Of a stretch of 64,000 nt of DNA, positions 20,814-30,543 are shown piece by piece; position 1 is the first letter of the stretch; the number at the start of each line of letters is the position of its first letter. The stretch is taken from the IMG/VR virus record IMGVR_UViG_3300035698_016797, positions 117,031 to 181,030 of that record. One strand, given 5' to 3'. Below the pieces are notes generated by a model that ran no database searches, had not been told where the DNA came from, and worked only from the letters and a program-made list of their open reading frames with translations. This DNA comes from a virus. The translations under genes and the position numbers were made by a program.

Positions 20814-21524
20814 TTATACCGCAGTGACATCGGGAGAAGCTTCTTCTGCAACAGGATCTTCCTCTATGACGACAGGAGCTTCTGTTACCAAAGCTTCCGT
20901 TTCCTCGTCTGTGATAATCTGTTCTGTTGCATCGGATGCAGTTTGGTTCTCTGGTAGCTGTTCAATGAAGTTGGCGTCAAGGCCGCTTTCAAATGTCATG
21001 TACTCATAAGTAGCCCTAAAGAGAAGGTTGTTATCCTGCTCTTTTCTGTACGTCTCGAATGTAAGCCAAACTGGCGCTCCACTCTTCTCATACTCGGTTA
21101 CCCTAGATACCACAAAATCTCTCTGTGCCTGCTCTGCCTTCGCTTCTGCGGAGTGAGCAAACAGTTCACTACGAGCCTGTCTCTGTCCAAAGAGTTCTTG
21201 TCTCGCAGCTCCAAGAGTTTCTGCAACGCTTACTTTTTCCGATCCCTCAGTTTCACTCAAAGCCTCTTCCAACCCTACAACTTTGACCCTCTGGTCTTCA
21301 ATGGCTTGGTCTTTTGTTTCGTCCCAAATACCATTCTTCATCAACTCTGCCAAAAGTCTGGCTTCTGGAAGAATTCCGTTAATGATTGCGTTGTTGAACG
21401 ACTTTGAGAATTCAAACTCACCATCTTGTAATTCCTCGTTGGTTGGGAATCGTGTAGTTAAATTAGTCTCTTCTCCAGAGACTAGTTCAACGGTAAATTT
21501 TCTTCTATTGGTTAGTTCTGCCAT
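20814..21524 (-). CDS. Tail assembly chaperone-like protein 1 (236 aa)
   Basis: SD AGGAG; lies between tail tube and tape measure; acidic and helical. Confidence 0.6.
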   Translation of the reverse strand: MAELTNRRKFTVELVSGEETNLTTRFPTNEELQDGEFEFSKSFNNAIINGILPEARLLAELMKNGIWDETKDQAIEDQRVKVVGLEEALSETEGSEKVSVAETLGAARQELFGQRQARSELFAHSAEAKAEQAQRDFVVSRVTEYEKSGAPVWLTFETYRKEQDNNLLFRATYEYMTFESGLDANFIEQLPENQTASDATEQIITDEETEALVTEAPVVIEEDPVAEEASPDVTAV

Positions 21525-21526
21525 TA

Positions 21527-21850
21527 TTATTCTCCTTGTCCAGTAGGCATAACGTATGGTGTTGCCACCAACGTGCGCTCTACTACGGTATCCATAATCC
21601 TTGTGACGTTAAACTCCGAAATTAGTTCTGGCAATTGACGAATTTTGTTATTGCCTGATCTCAACACCTTTGCTCTTAGACCTTGAAATTCCTTTTCGTT
21701 GTCACTTCCGTCACCCTTCAGGTGTGCAAAGCGAGAAGAAAGAGTGTCAAGAACTTCTGCAAAATGGGAGTTAAAAAGACGAATGATGATGTCGCAAAAA
21801 ACGACACCATCATCCGTAGGTTTTGCCGGTACTACTATTGAATTCTCCAT
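21527..21850 (-). CDS. Hypothetical protein (107 aa)
   Basis: SD AAGGATAAAGGA; tiles between its neighbours. Confidence 0.6.
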   Translation of the reverse strand: MENSIVVPAKPTDDGVVFCDIIIRLFNSHFAEVLDTLSSRFAHLKGDGSDNEKEFQGLRAKVLRSGNNKIRQLPELISEFNVTRIMDTVVERTLVATPYVMPTGQGE

Positions 21851-21905
21851 ATCCTTTATCCTTTATGTTTCCGTTCGAACCTTTACCAGTAGCTTATAGA
21901 GTCTC

Positions 21906-22820
21906 TTACGACTCTAATGGAATGGCTATGTCTGCTGCAAGATAGTTAAACGTGTAAGTCAAGAATCCGCCAACATTGACAGTCTCTGACTCGTCTACTT
22001 TAACTAGCCCAGTTGCAAGCACATAATTTGAAGTTGAAGTTGCGAAATCTCCTCCACCCGCAGATGGGGAAGTGTAATTGGTTCTATCTGCATGATTAGA
22101 CAATCCTGCACCTATGACGCCCAATGAAGTCAACGAACCAGCACTTGCTGCACCCTCTTCTGTGTCGAGAACTTCGACATCAACAGTAAGGTCCAGCGGA
22201 TAAGTTGTAACAAACTTAATCGGCTGAGCAACACGCACATCTAATACGTTGTCTTTATTAATGGTACATCCAAAGGTTAGAGACTGACATCCAGAAGGTA
22301 CAACACCACCAGCGGTGGCTACCCAAGAACCAGTTCCATTTTCTACCAACTCAATTCCAGATCCATCGTCACCCATGACAACTGCATAATAAGACTCTTC
22401 TCCGTCTACCAAGACTGAAGGAGAAGCCATTGTTGTCAAAGAGCTGCCTGCCCCAGCTGTAATATAGCCGTACGAAACTGTCGCAGGTGCGCCAGCAGTA
22501 AAGGTCATATTACATGAGGTTAGGACGTACACTTCACTACCTAGGACGATATTCTGATCGGCATAGGTATAGATAGAGGAGTCACCTACTACCGCAGAGC
22601 TTGACTGTTCCGTAAGGATACAATCAAGCGTAACGTCAGTAGTTTGGACTCCCGTTGTGTAGTCAACAACTCCTCTCAAGCCAATTGCCTGTTGAGGGTC
22701 ACGAGGGTAGTGTTTTGCAACTGTTACGGTCTGCAAAGCGTTTCCACCCCACAGTACGCCAGAAGCGGCCATTACACCAGCAGCTGTATTGATGTTGTAA
22801 TGTGAATAAATATCTGCCAT
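21906..22820 (-). CDS. Major tail tube protein (304 aa)
   Basis: SD AGAGG; beta-rich, S/T/G-rich; positioned after the tail terminator and before the chaperones. Confidence 0.7.
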   Translation of the reverse strand: MADIYSHYNINTAAGVMAASGVLWGGNALQTVTVAKHYPRDPQQAIGLRGVVDYTTGVQTTDVTLDCILTEQSSSAVVGDSSIYTYADQNIVLGSEVYVLTSCNMTFTAGAPATVSYGYITAGAGSSLTTMASPSVLVDGEESYYAVVMGDDGSGIELVENGTGSWVATAGGVVPSGCQSLTFGCTINKDNVLDVRVAQPIKFVTTYPLDLTVDVEVLDTEEGAASAGSLTSLGVIGAGLSNHADRTNYTSPSAGGGDFATSTSNYVLATGLVKVDESETVNVGGFLTYTFNYLAADIAIPLES

Positions 22821-22942
22821 AATTACTACCTCTTTTTTTTGTTTTCTTTTGCTTACGACTGAGAACTTGTATCATGCGGCTGGAACATTTAAAGTTCTCA
22901 ACTCACTATATAATATCCTAACTTACATTTCCTAATCACAAA

Positions 22943-23677
22943 TTATGAGATAAAAGTTAGAATTCCCGTAATTGAAGACCTATATTTCTCTTTTGGAGAT
23001 ATTTCACCAAGGTTAAGAAATTTAGCCCTTGTCTTTGTTGGGAGCTTTAGCGTTGCCTCTGTCTGATCAGCCAGATTAAAATCGGTATTCATGGTGCCGT
23101 CGTAATTGAGTGGCATCGCTAAACCAAAATCAACATATAGCATGGCATATCTCATTCCCTTCTGAATATAGTCAGTAAGGTCATATCTCATACCATCATT
23201 TGGGGCAAACACATCTATAAAAAAGCCAACACTCCAAAAGGATGATGAAACGCCAATTGCGTATGGACTGTCTTCTTGTGAATCCAAGTCTATCACCACC
23301 AACGGTAAGTCGGCATTCTCGAAATCTTCTCCTTCTGGAAACGCATCAAGAACGGTAACGGGCCAAAAATTATAGTCAGCAGTAACCGCCCCAGAAGGAG
23401 TTGTATCAAGGGTTACAATGTTTGTGACATAATTGACAGTAAAAACAGAATTACTCAGGGCCACACCGTCATCATAAATTGTAACTCCAGACGGGGCAAG
23501 ATACCCAGAGGCATCGGCATATGCAATATTGTTATTTGCAAAAGTGTACACCGTACCAGAAGACTCTGTCAAAATCTCTCCTGCAACAGCCTCAATATAT
23601 CCAAAATATGGCAAAATGTGAGTTTTGATTTCATGGAACATTGACAATTTTACGTTACGCATTTTTAGGAAAGACAT
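22943..23677 (-). CDS. Tail terminator/completion protein with inserted beta domain (244 aa)
   Basis: LPLVVIDL...FFIDVFAPNDGMRYDLTDYI is the pattern of tail terminator proteins; position upstream of the tube gene. Confidence 0.6.
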   Translation of the reverse strand: MSFLKMRNVKLSMFHEIKTHILPYFGYIEAVAGEILTESSGTVYTFANNNIAYADASGYLAPSGVTIYDDGVALSNSVFTVNYVTNIVTLDTTPSGAVTADYNFWPVTVLDAFPEGEDFENADLPLVVIDLDSQEDSPYAIGVSSSFWSVGFFIDVFAPNDGMRYDLTDYIQKGMRYAMLYVDFGLAMPLNYDGTMNTDFNLADQTEATLKLPTKTRAKFLNLGEISPKEKYRSSITGILTFIS

Positions 23678-23686
23678 ATTACACTC

Positions 23687-24379
23687 CTATCTTAGCGAAG
23701 ATGCTACTTCGTCCATTACAGACTTGATATTCATCCTTGACTGTATGAAATATCCCATGCTGTTCTGTAAGCTTCCCAGAATCCTCAGCGGAGGGGCACC
23801 TGCCGAATCGTTTGTGTTCGGTTTCAGCTTCATTCTTTTTGCAAGTTCAGTGTTCATGGAAATGAGCATACCCTCTCCATGCCTTCCACTGTGATCTTCA
23901 TCTTCTCCAAAAATAGCATCCAATGTTTCCTTTTTTACAAACGCATAGTCTGAATGCTGTCCTATTCTTTTGCTTGGAGATCCAATCTCGTGATATCTCC
24001 ACCACCCTCCACCTACAGACTGTGCCCTATTGCTCAATGGCGTCACATTGTCCATAAATGCAATGTCAAAAATTTTAATACCAACACCGGTAGGGCTTTC
24101 TACGATCTGACTTCTACTCATGGCTTCAGAATAAGCATCTTCTAAATGCATTTGTTTTGCGGCAACTCCCCAGCCGCTATCAACTAGCTTTCTGCGACGA
24201 AGTTTTGTTCCGAACGATGTTCTAATGTCTTGATTGGCATTTTTAATTGCCCTGTTGGTTAAATCTTTAGCAGCTCTTGTGATAACTCTTTTTGCAATCA
24301 CCCCTATGTTTGCCAATTTCCTCGGGCTGATATTAGAGTATACTCTACCACCTCTTGTTAGGTCAAACGTTATATGCAT
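23687..24379 (-). CDS. Neck/tail completion protein (start probably ATG 24379)
   Basis: WWRYHEIGS resembles the virion morphogenesis/HK97 gp10-like Y-h-E-x-G motif; position in the neck cluster. Confidence 0.5.
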   Translation of the reverse strand: MHITFDLTRGGRVYSNISPRKLANIGVIAKRVITRAAKDLTNRAIKNANQDIRTSFGTKLRRRKLVDSGWGVAAKQMHLEDAYSEAMSRSQIVESPTGVGIKIFDIAFMDNVTPLSNRAQSVGGGWWRYHEIGSPSKRIGQHSDYAFVKKETLDAIFGEDEDHSGRHGEGMLISMNTELAKRMKLKPNTNDSAGAPPLRILGSLQNSMGYFIQSRMNIKSVMDEVASSLR

Positions 24380-24380
24380 A

Positions 24381-24872
24381 CTAATCGTCCCTCTTGCAAA
24401 TGGCAACACAAACAACGTTGTCCTTCAAACCTCTCTTGATAACATTTACCAGCATTGTTCTCACCCCTTGGATTTCTATCCATTCGGCATTTTTCAAATC
24501 ATCATAGTATCTGATATATGTTTTCATTTTGAAGAATCCACCCTCTACAGATCCTCCTGGAGATGACACGAAAGTATCATTCTCATTCATGCTTCCCCAG
24601 TTGACGGTACAGTCTATTGCTTTTGTTGAGGATGTTGACAACTCTCCATCTCCATTACAGACGGGACAAATGCCTCCGGTGAACGGAGTTGGACCAGTAT
24701 CGTTATACTTTCCAGAGCTACACTTGTGAACGATGTCGTATACACAATTTGTACATTGGACCTGGGAAGATTTGTTGTGCAAGACAACATCTCCACTTTC
24801 GCTCAAGTCTGCAATGAGCTGTTCCGTATATCTCTTATATAGAGCAAGATGTTTTGCTTTAACTAGTGCCAT
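24381..24872 (-). CDS. Head closure (stopper) protein with CxxC motifs (163 aa)
   Basis: CTNC...CPVCNGDG; position between adaptor and neck genes. Confidence 0.55.
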   Translation of the reverse strand: MALVKAKHLALYKRYTEQLIADLSESGDVVLHNKSSQVQCTNCVYDIVHKCSSGKYNDTGPTPFTGGICPVCNGDGELSTSSTKAIDCTVNWGSMNENDTFVSSPGGSVEGGFFKMKTYIRYYDDLKNAEWIEIQGVRTMLVNVIKRGLKDNVVCVAICKRDD

Positions 24873-25516
24873 TATACTTGTATTACTCCATGAAATCTAT
24901 TGATTCTAACAATCTTCAGAAGGTCTTCATATCTCTGAGCGATCGGTCCATAGCCACGAGTTTTTTCTCGACTGGAAGCCGCCGTATCAATTGTAGTATC
25001 TCCATCCTTAATGAAAATTGCATCTCCTCCAGCTTCTACTACTTCTGCTCCTAAAATTTGGATAGCAGTACCATATACAAACAACGCTCTCAAATCTTTG
25101 TCCACGGTTTCATATGTGATTGTAGGATTGGCTGCATCAAGGTCTCCGTCTGCATTATATCCAAAAAGAAAGTCTGTATTAAAGATTGGACCAATAACAT
25201 TGTCTACGGAATCTCCAATATTGTCTGAGACATTATCATCCGTATAGGATACGTATGAGTACTCTACAACAATTGCTGAGCCTGCCGGGACTAACGTATC
25301 CATCTTGATAATGCTTCCAGTGACAGTGTAGGAGTCATCAGACTGTGCCACGTTATCAATTAACACTCCACTTGCAACGGGGGTTGCATAACCGTCCTGA
25401 GTCAGCTGAATATAATAGCTCGCACTATCCGTGGATGCTATAGTATCAATTGTGGACGATGAAGTGTCACTGATAAGACGTCTTACGTCCGGTATTAGTG
25501 TGGAATAGTCAAACAT
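24872..25516 (-). CDS. Head-tail adaptor protein (214 aa)
   Basis: LIPDVRRLISD N-terminus and IKDGDTTID...RYEDLLK C-terminus resemble gp6/gp15-type adaptors; position after the capsid cluster. Confidence 0.6.
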   Translation of the reverse strand: MFDYSTLIPDVRRLISDTSSSTIDTIASTDSASYYIQLTQDGYATPVASGVLIDNVAQSDDSYTVTGSIIKMDTLVPAGSAIVVEYSYVSYTDDNVSDNIGDSVDNVIGPIFNTDFLFGYNADGDLDAANPTITYETVDKDLRALFVYGTAIQILGAEVVEAGGDAIFIKDGDTTIDTAASSREKTRGYGPIAQRYEDLLKIVRINRFHGVIQV

Positions 25517-25530
25517 GTTTTATCTCCATC

Positions 25531-26010
25531 TTACAGATTGTTAACGTTTAGACCTGTGGTTGACCCAAGAATATCGGGATTGTTATCAGTGTTGACGGTC
25601 AAATGAGCTTCTATAGTTTTTGTCATAATGCCGAGTCTTTCATCTGTTCTGTGTTGATTCATTTGAGTGAGACCGAGGCTACACATGGCTACAAGAACGG
25701 TGCAAACCGCAGACGCTATTGCAATTTTAACTTTCGTTCCTAATCTTTTACGTTCTTTTACATCTTCTTCAACCGTAGCTACAAATTTGTTAATTGCTTC
25801 TGTGCGTTGTACACAGGTTGTTTCCATGGTCGCCAATCTCACAGATACTGACTTCTCCCCATTTCCTTCTATTAAAATTTTACGTAGATGACAAACATCG
25901 TCTTTAACGTCTCCAATGGATGTTGTCAGGCCATTGACTGCTTGTGTCAACGAAGCTGTAGCTTTTATCATTTCCAAAAACTGTGCTTCTTCTGCTTGAT
26001 TTAGGGCCAT
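25531..26010 (-). CDS. Coiled-coil protein with one transmembrane helix, possibly holin-like (start ATG 26010)
   Basis: SD AAAGGAG before MALNQ; hydrophobic VKIAIASAVCTVLVAMCSLGL after a coiled coil. Confidence 0.45.
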   Translation of the reverse strand: MALNQAEEAQFLEMIKATASLTQAVNGLTTSIGDVKDDVCHLRKILIEGNGEKSVSVRLATMETTCVQRTEAINKFVATVEEDVKERKRLGTKVKIAIASAVCTVLVAMCSLGLTQMNQHRTDERLGIMTKTIEAHLTVNTDNNPDILGSTTGLNVNNL

Positions 26011-26031
26011 TTTTTTTTGACTCCTTTTTTT

Positions 26032-26066
26032 AAGAAAGAAGGGAACCGACATAAATGCCGATTCCC
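26032..26066 (-). terminator. Intrinsic terminator ending the capsid transcript
   Basis: Minus strand GGGAATCGGCA-TTTA-TGTCGGTTCCC followed by TTCTTTCTT. Confidence 0.7.
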
Positions 26067-26089
26067 TATCGTAAAAACCCAGAGAGTTA

Positions 26090-26728
26090 CTAAGAAATAG
26101 CTGTATTGATATTTCTCACTTGCAACTCTCGGATGGCCATAACCCTTTTGGGTGCTGTCATCCTATCGAACCTCATCTGAGTAAACTTTTGCAGTTCATC
26201 TGCATCTGTCTTTTTTAGAGCTTGTTCGAATCCACCAATAGGAAATCTCATAAGACGAGATGCGTCCATAACGCCCTCGTGTGATTTTTTAGTGTCGTTA
26301 TTTAACGAGTGGGCAACGCTTATTGCAGCCTCTCTGGCGGCAGCAAGCTTCTTTCCCATTTCTACGTTCTCAGGTGTCATCCTGTCTTCGACAGTGATCT
26401 GTACGTCTTTAATCAACTCAAAGCCGTTTTCTTCTGAACACTCTGTTTTACTAGATTTCCAATGTCGATCAAGATTGCCTCTTCGTTTGTATTCAGTCTT
26501 GCAACCTAGACAAACAAACTTGTTAGGTGCACTCTTTGTTTTTTCAGCAAATCTATTGCTAAGCATTTCGGAGTGAGCTACAGTTTTTTTGAAGCCTTCT
26601 TGCAACTGGGTTAAAGTGTCAGAAGAAGCGACGGCATCCTTTGACAGGATACCGCCACTTCCTGCTGACGGGTTCTCATCTTCTTTCGTCATACGGTCTA
26701 GTAGTTCTTTAACGCTACCGCTTTCCAT
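26090..26728 (-). CDS. Hypothetical protein with a C2H2/C2HC-like zinc finger (212 aa)
   Basis: SD AGGAG; motif CLGCKTEYKRRGNLDRHWKSSKTEC. Confidence 0.55.
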   Translation of the reverse strand: MESGSVKELLDRMTKEDENPSAGSGGILSKDAVASSDTLTQLQEGFKKTVAHSEMLSNRFAEKTKSAPNKFVCLGCKTEYKRRGNLDRHWKSSKTECSEENGFELIKDVQITVEDRMTPENVEMGKKLAAAREAAISVAHSLNNDTKKSHEGVMDASRLMRFPIGGFEQALKKTDADELQKFTQMRFDRMTAPKRVMAIRELQVRNINTAIS

Positions 26729-26783
26729 GATAAAACTCCTTTTCCTTTACTTACCTTTTCCGATTGAGGTAAGGACGTCAGCC

Positions 26784-27665
26784 TTAGCTGAATGTCACTT
26801 TAATCAATCCCTTTTCATCAAGAATACCGAATCCGATCAACTCTCTTGCCATGATACCAATCTTCCATTCCATTAGGGCAATTGGATTGTCAAAAGTCTG
26901 AAGTTCTTTCCTAATCGGCATAACACCGTAGGTGAACCCCTGTCTGCGACCAAAGGCATACCCAGCACTGTCTGCGACGAGTTCTGAGTTATATACTTTG
27001 TGCATGTTGACTTCCCAGATGTTGTTAAGTCCACCGCTACTGAAGGAAGCATCTTTCATCTTCTCAGAATACGCGACGGTCTGAACCCATCCTCTCATGT
27101 CTGCAAAACGTGTTGGTGAGATGTACATATCAGTAATCTGTCTACGCAAAACATCACCAGCGGTAACGATATCGTTAAACGCTGTAACGTTAAGCCCAGA
27201 AGCAGAAACCTGCTGTCCAGCGGCCACCACGGCTGCATGAGCTTTAATCAGAGACCAGCCTGCCAACTCTTCCTGCTCAATAACTTTGTTCTTAAGCAGT
27301 TCTGTTGCAAGCTCGCCTACTCGGAAACGGCCTTGCTCTGCCACGTCCATTTGATACTGGACAGCGGCGTCAAGCCCGAATGTGGTTACGTAGATCTCTG
27401 TACCTTCAACCTGGATCTGTGGAATACCACCGATCTGCGGCATTGTCCATGCACAGGAGATGTCGTCAAACGGAATGTCATAACGAGCCTCTCCTCCTGG
27501 TGGAATCTGTTCTGGTACAAAAATTGCACGAATTGTTGACTGTTCATCAATCAACGGCAAAATTACCCTCGCCCTGGACTTCGCATACTCTGCACGAGCT
27601 TTAGGTGAGGATGCCGTAGCCTTGAACAGCTTGACTTTTTGGTTAAATTTCAATTCATTAGCCAT
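26784..27665 (-). CDS. Major capsid protein, HK97-like (293 aa)
   Basis: SD GAGGAG; follows protease, scaffold and decoration genes. ITDMYISP and C-terminal KIGIMARELIGFGILD fit HK97-fold capsid patterns. Confidence 0.8.
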   Translation of the reverse strand: MANELKFNQKVKLFKATASSPKARAEYAKSRARVILPLIDEQSTIRAIFVPEQIPPGGEARYDIPFDDISCAWTMPQIGGIPQIQVEGTEIYVTTFGLDAAVQYQMDVAEQGRFRVGELATELLKNKVIEQEELAGWSLIKAHAAVVAAGQQVSASGLNVTAFNDIVTAGDVLRRQITDMYISPTRFADMRGWVQTVAYSEKMKDASFSSGGLNNIWEVNMHKVYNSELVADSAGYAFGRRQGFTYGVMPIRKELQTFDNPIALMEWKIGIMARELIGFGILDEKGLIKVTFS

Positions 27666-27679
27666 TGTTCATCTCCTCA

Positions 27680-28177
27680 TTATATGATGCGGAAGTCCAC
27701 ACGTACGCGAATTAGGGTAGCTCCGTCTGTTCCAGCTGTCTCAGCGATTGCAATAGCAGGGTCTGTGCCTGTCTGTGTAATCGAAAGTTTGCCAGAAGCA
27801 GCAGGATAAAGACTTGCACCAATAGTAGCTGCACCGACGTAGTTGTTTGTAAGCAACCAACCTTGTCCGGTAACAACACCAACGGTATCGTCAATCCTTG
27901 CCTTCGTGTTATTGTGGAATTCATAGTTTCTAAGTTCACCGAGCGCACTTGCGTCATAGACTTGTTGCGCCAGTAACCCGATAACTGTACCCGATGGAGC
28001 CGAACCTGCTGTAACAAGTTCTACTTCATCACCGGTTCCAGATACGAATTGTACCGGAGCGCCTTCTGGTGCCACTGCACCCATTTTGTAAAATGGGGCT
28101 ACTTGACAACCAAAATGAACGACAAGACCTTTGGCTTTACGCGCTGGTAGTACTAGAGGAATATTTGGTGATGCCAT
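27680..28177 (-). CDS. Capsid decoration/cement protein (165 aa)
   Basis: Between scaffold and capsid genes; small, beta-rich, G/A/T-rich (VTGQGW...GASLYPAASGKL). Confidence 0.7.
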   Translation of the reverse strand: MASPNIPLVLPARKAKGLVVHFGCQVAPFYKMGAVAPEGAPVQFVSGTGDEVELVTAGSAPSGTVIGLLAQQVYDASALGELRNYEFHNNTKARIDDTVGVVTGQGWLLTNNYVGAATIGASLYPAASGKLSITQTGTDPAIAIAETAGTDGATLIRVRVDFRII

Positions 28178-28197
28178 AATGCTTTTCTCCTCTTTGC

Positions 28198-29292
28198 TTA
28201 CATCTGTGAGTAGACAGCGACCTGATCATCGTCCGGTTTCACATCCTGCGTAAGGGCCGCAATGGACCTACGGAATGTATCACCTTCACTCAAATCAGCT
28301 TGTTCGATGTCGTCTTCTACGGATGATTGCGCTTTGTTTTTAGTTCCATCTTCACCTTCGCCAGTGTCTTCCTCGGATGCGTTTGCCTTATCGGCAGCGC
28401 CCTCTTCGGCGTCCTCTTCCTCGTCGGTTTTGGACTTTCCAGCTTGTGCTTTAATGGTCTCTGCGAATGCAGTCATTTCTGCCTTATAACTCTCAAAGTC
28501 TTCGTCAGACATAGCACTGGCCTTAGCGACCTGTGCGTCTCTTGCTTCGCCTTCCGGCAAAATTAGACTAGTTTCTGTGAGAGTCTTTGTACGGGCAGCA
28601 ATAGTCTGCGCTTCGCGCAACTTGTTCAGCTCAGTTTCTAGGCGAGTTGCGGTAGCTGATAGCTCCTCCTTCTCTTTCTCAAGATCTTGAACCTTCGTAT
28701 CCTTTTCCGAAGTTGCCGTAGCAGCCTCAGTCTTGGATTCTTCTAGTTCTTGAGAGAGCTTGGCTACACACACCCCTTTTTCATTGAGCTGCTCGGCAAG
28801 ATCACTCTTCTCCTGTTCCAAACCCGCAATTCTGGCTTCCACCTTCTGTTGCGCGTCCTTCTCAGCAAGAATAACTTCTACCTCTTGCTTAATGGCTTTT
28901 TTGTCAATTACATCTGCCATATCATTTGCTCCTTGTGTTGTGCCATTCTGCTCTGAGGAGGTTTCTGTACTATCAGTACCAGCCATACTGTGTCGTTCAG
29001 ACTCTCCATCTTCAGAGCCATGCTCACCTTGTTGTGACAATGCAGCAACTGCCAAGTTAGGCACGGATTGCTGCAATTCTTCAGGGAGTGTCTGATCTAA
29101 AGGATCAACACTTTCCCCACTCTTCTCGTCACGGTTCTTCCACATACTGTAACATGTAGCTGTAGCTTGCTTTTTGGCGTCGCCATCGCTAATGCCATCG
29201 GTCTTTAAGACCTCAGAAAGACACGCGTCAAGAAATTCTTGTTTTGTTTTATAGTCTTTAGGATTCAGCATCTTAAGCTTCCTCCATTTCAT
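28198..29292 (-). CDS. Capsid scaffolding protein (364 aa)
   Basis: Acidic coiled coil (E/K/A-rich) directly after the protease; a possible internal start MADVIDKK has SD GGAG. Confidence 0.7.
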   Translation of the reverse strand: MKWRKLKMLNPKDYKTKQEFLDACLSEVLKTDGISDGDAKKQATATCYSMWKNRDEKSGESVDPLDQTLPEELQQSVPNLAVAALSQQGEHGSEDGESERHSMAGTDSTETSSEQNGTTQGANDMADVIDKKAIKQEVEVILAEKDAQQKVEARIAGLEQEKSDLAEQLNEKGVCVAKLSQELEESKTEAATATSEKDTKVQDLEKEKEELSATATRLETELNKLREAQTIAARTKTLTETSLILPEGEARDAQVAKASAMSDEDFESYKAEMTAFAETIKAQAGKSKTDEEEDAEEGAADKANASEEDTGEGEDGTKNKAQSSVEDDIEQADLSEGDTFRRSIAALTQDVKPDDDQVAVYSQM

Positions 29293-30178
29293 ACTTCATA
29301 CATGCGATTGATAGTGTAACTTCACGATGTTCATCTTGGATATCGTCATTTGGTTCTGCCTCAAAAAGAACGTGAAGCTCATGATGTCGTTTCTCAAGTG
29401 TAGATAACTCTTTTTCCATACTGGCTGTGAGAAATACGGATGTTTTATTAGCTGGTTTTGCAGTTGCTGCAACCCCACCAAACAAAAGACCACGCAATAC
29501 GCGTGATACTCTTCTTCCTGCAACAACCTTTGAATGGTGCCAATCATCCATCAGATATGCCGTAGCTTCTGTTTTTTTAACAATCTCATCTCCAACTAAA
29601 AAGTCAAAGCCAGTAAACCACGTTTCCATGCTCACAAACATTTCTCCCTTTTCAGCTGACTCCTCAATGTCGGCAACTGTTTTGGGGAAGCACATCTTGT
29701 AAAGAACGGCAGATGCAACGATGTCTATTTTTTGATCTACAGGTCTTAAAGGATCGTCATTGTGATCCAAATCTGCAATCGCTTGTTCGTTCAAAATCTT
29801 CCCATCACACACAACTGCTGTCTCAACCATATGTCCTATGATTGTATTTTCATTGTGATTAAGGATTGGCTCTTCAATGTAGCTGGCGTTTTCTTCAAGC
29901 TGATGTTCTACATTAAAAGGTTTGTGTCTGGGTGTTTGCCAAGCTCTGGCCATTTCACTTCGTGCAAAATAGTCAGCATTACCGTTCTCATGCTCAGACA
30001 CAAGCAGGAACTTTACATATGTCAAATCAGCCATACATAAGTCACTTGGTGGCTCAAGAGCTGCTACAGCCTTCATGATTCCAGGTTCAACCCCCGTGGG
30101 TTTGTCTGGAAGAATCATTCTGGCCTTTACCAGTGTACGTTGATATTTGTCGAAAGGTGAATTTGATTTTTCTGCCAT
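29273..30178 (-). CDS. Prohead maturation protease (301 aa)
   Basis: ENGNADYF...KPFNVEH...IIGH...VSMET...FGGVA...PA pattern of phage prohead serine proteases; between portal and scaffold. Confidence 0.7.
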   Translation of the reverse strand: MAEKSNSPFDKYQRTLVKARMILPDKPTGVEPGIMKAVAALEPPSDLCMADLTYVKFLLVSEHENGNADYFARSEMARAWQTPRHKPFNVEHQLEENASYIEEPILNHNENTIIGHMVETAVVCDGKILNEQAIADLDHNDDPLRPVDQKIDIVASAVLYKMCFPKTVADIEESAEKGEMFVSMETWFTGFDFLVGDEIVKKTEATAYLMDDWHHSKVVAGRRVSRVLRGLLFGGVAATAKPANKTSVFLTASMEKELSTLEKRHHELHVLFEAEPNDDIQDEHREVTLSIACMKYEMEEA

Positions 30179-30268
30179 ATCCGCAACTCCGAGGGTTAAC
30201 GTGATAACTCAATATCACTAATATTACACTAATGCATCGTAGGATAACACAAAATTGTAGAAAAAAAA

Positions 30269-30541
30269 TTACATTTGTTCGAACTGTGAAGGTTCTATAA
30301 CTTCATTTTCATCAACTTCAATATGACTTGCAGCCAAAGTAGCTAGACAAGGATCGTAAGTATAGGTTGTATAAATCCTAACACCCTGATCCTTCTTTTT
30401 TGCCTCCGTGCTGTAAGAAAATTCTACATGATCATTCCATTGAGATAGAAATAAAGCAGCACTTTTTGGCTTAACATCTTTGCCGTTTACAGTAAAGCTT
30501 GTGCCTTCTTTTGTTCCGTCAGATTTGATAACGATATCCAT
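30269..30541 (-). CDS. Hypothetical protein (90 aa)
   Basis: SD AGGGAG within the end of the portal gene; tiles in the operon. Confidence 0.55.
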   Translation of the reverse strand: MDIVIKSDGTKEGTSFTVNGKDVKPKSAALFLSQWNDHVEFSYSTEAKKKDQGVRIYTTYTYDPCLATLAASHIEVDENEVIEPSQFEQM

Positions 30542-30543
30542 TT

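Noticed and set aside
20790-20960. Programmed -1 frameshift fusing the tail chaperones
   Set aside because: The -1 frame is open across the end of the upstream gene, but I found no X XXY YYZ slippery heptamer there.
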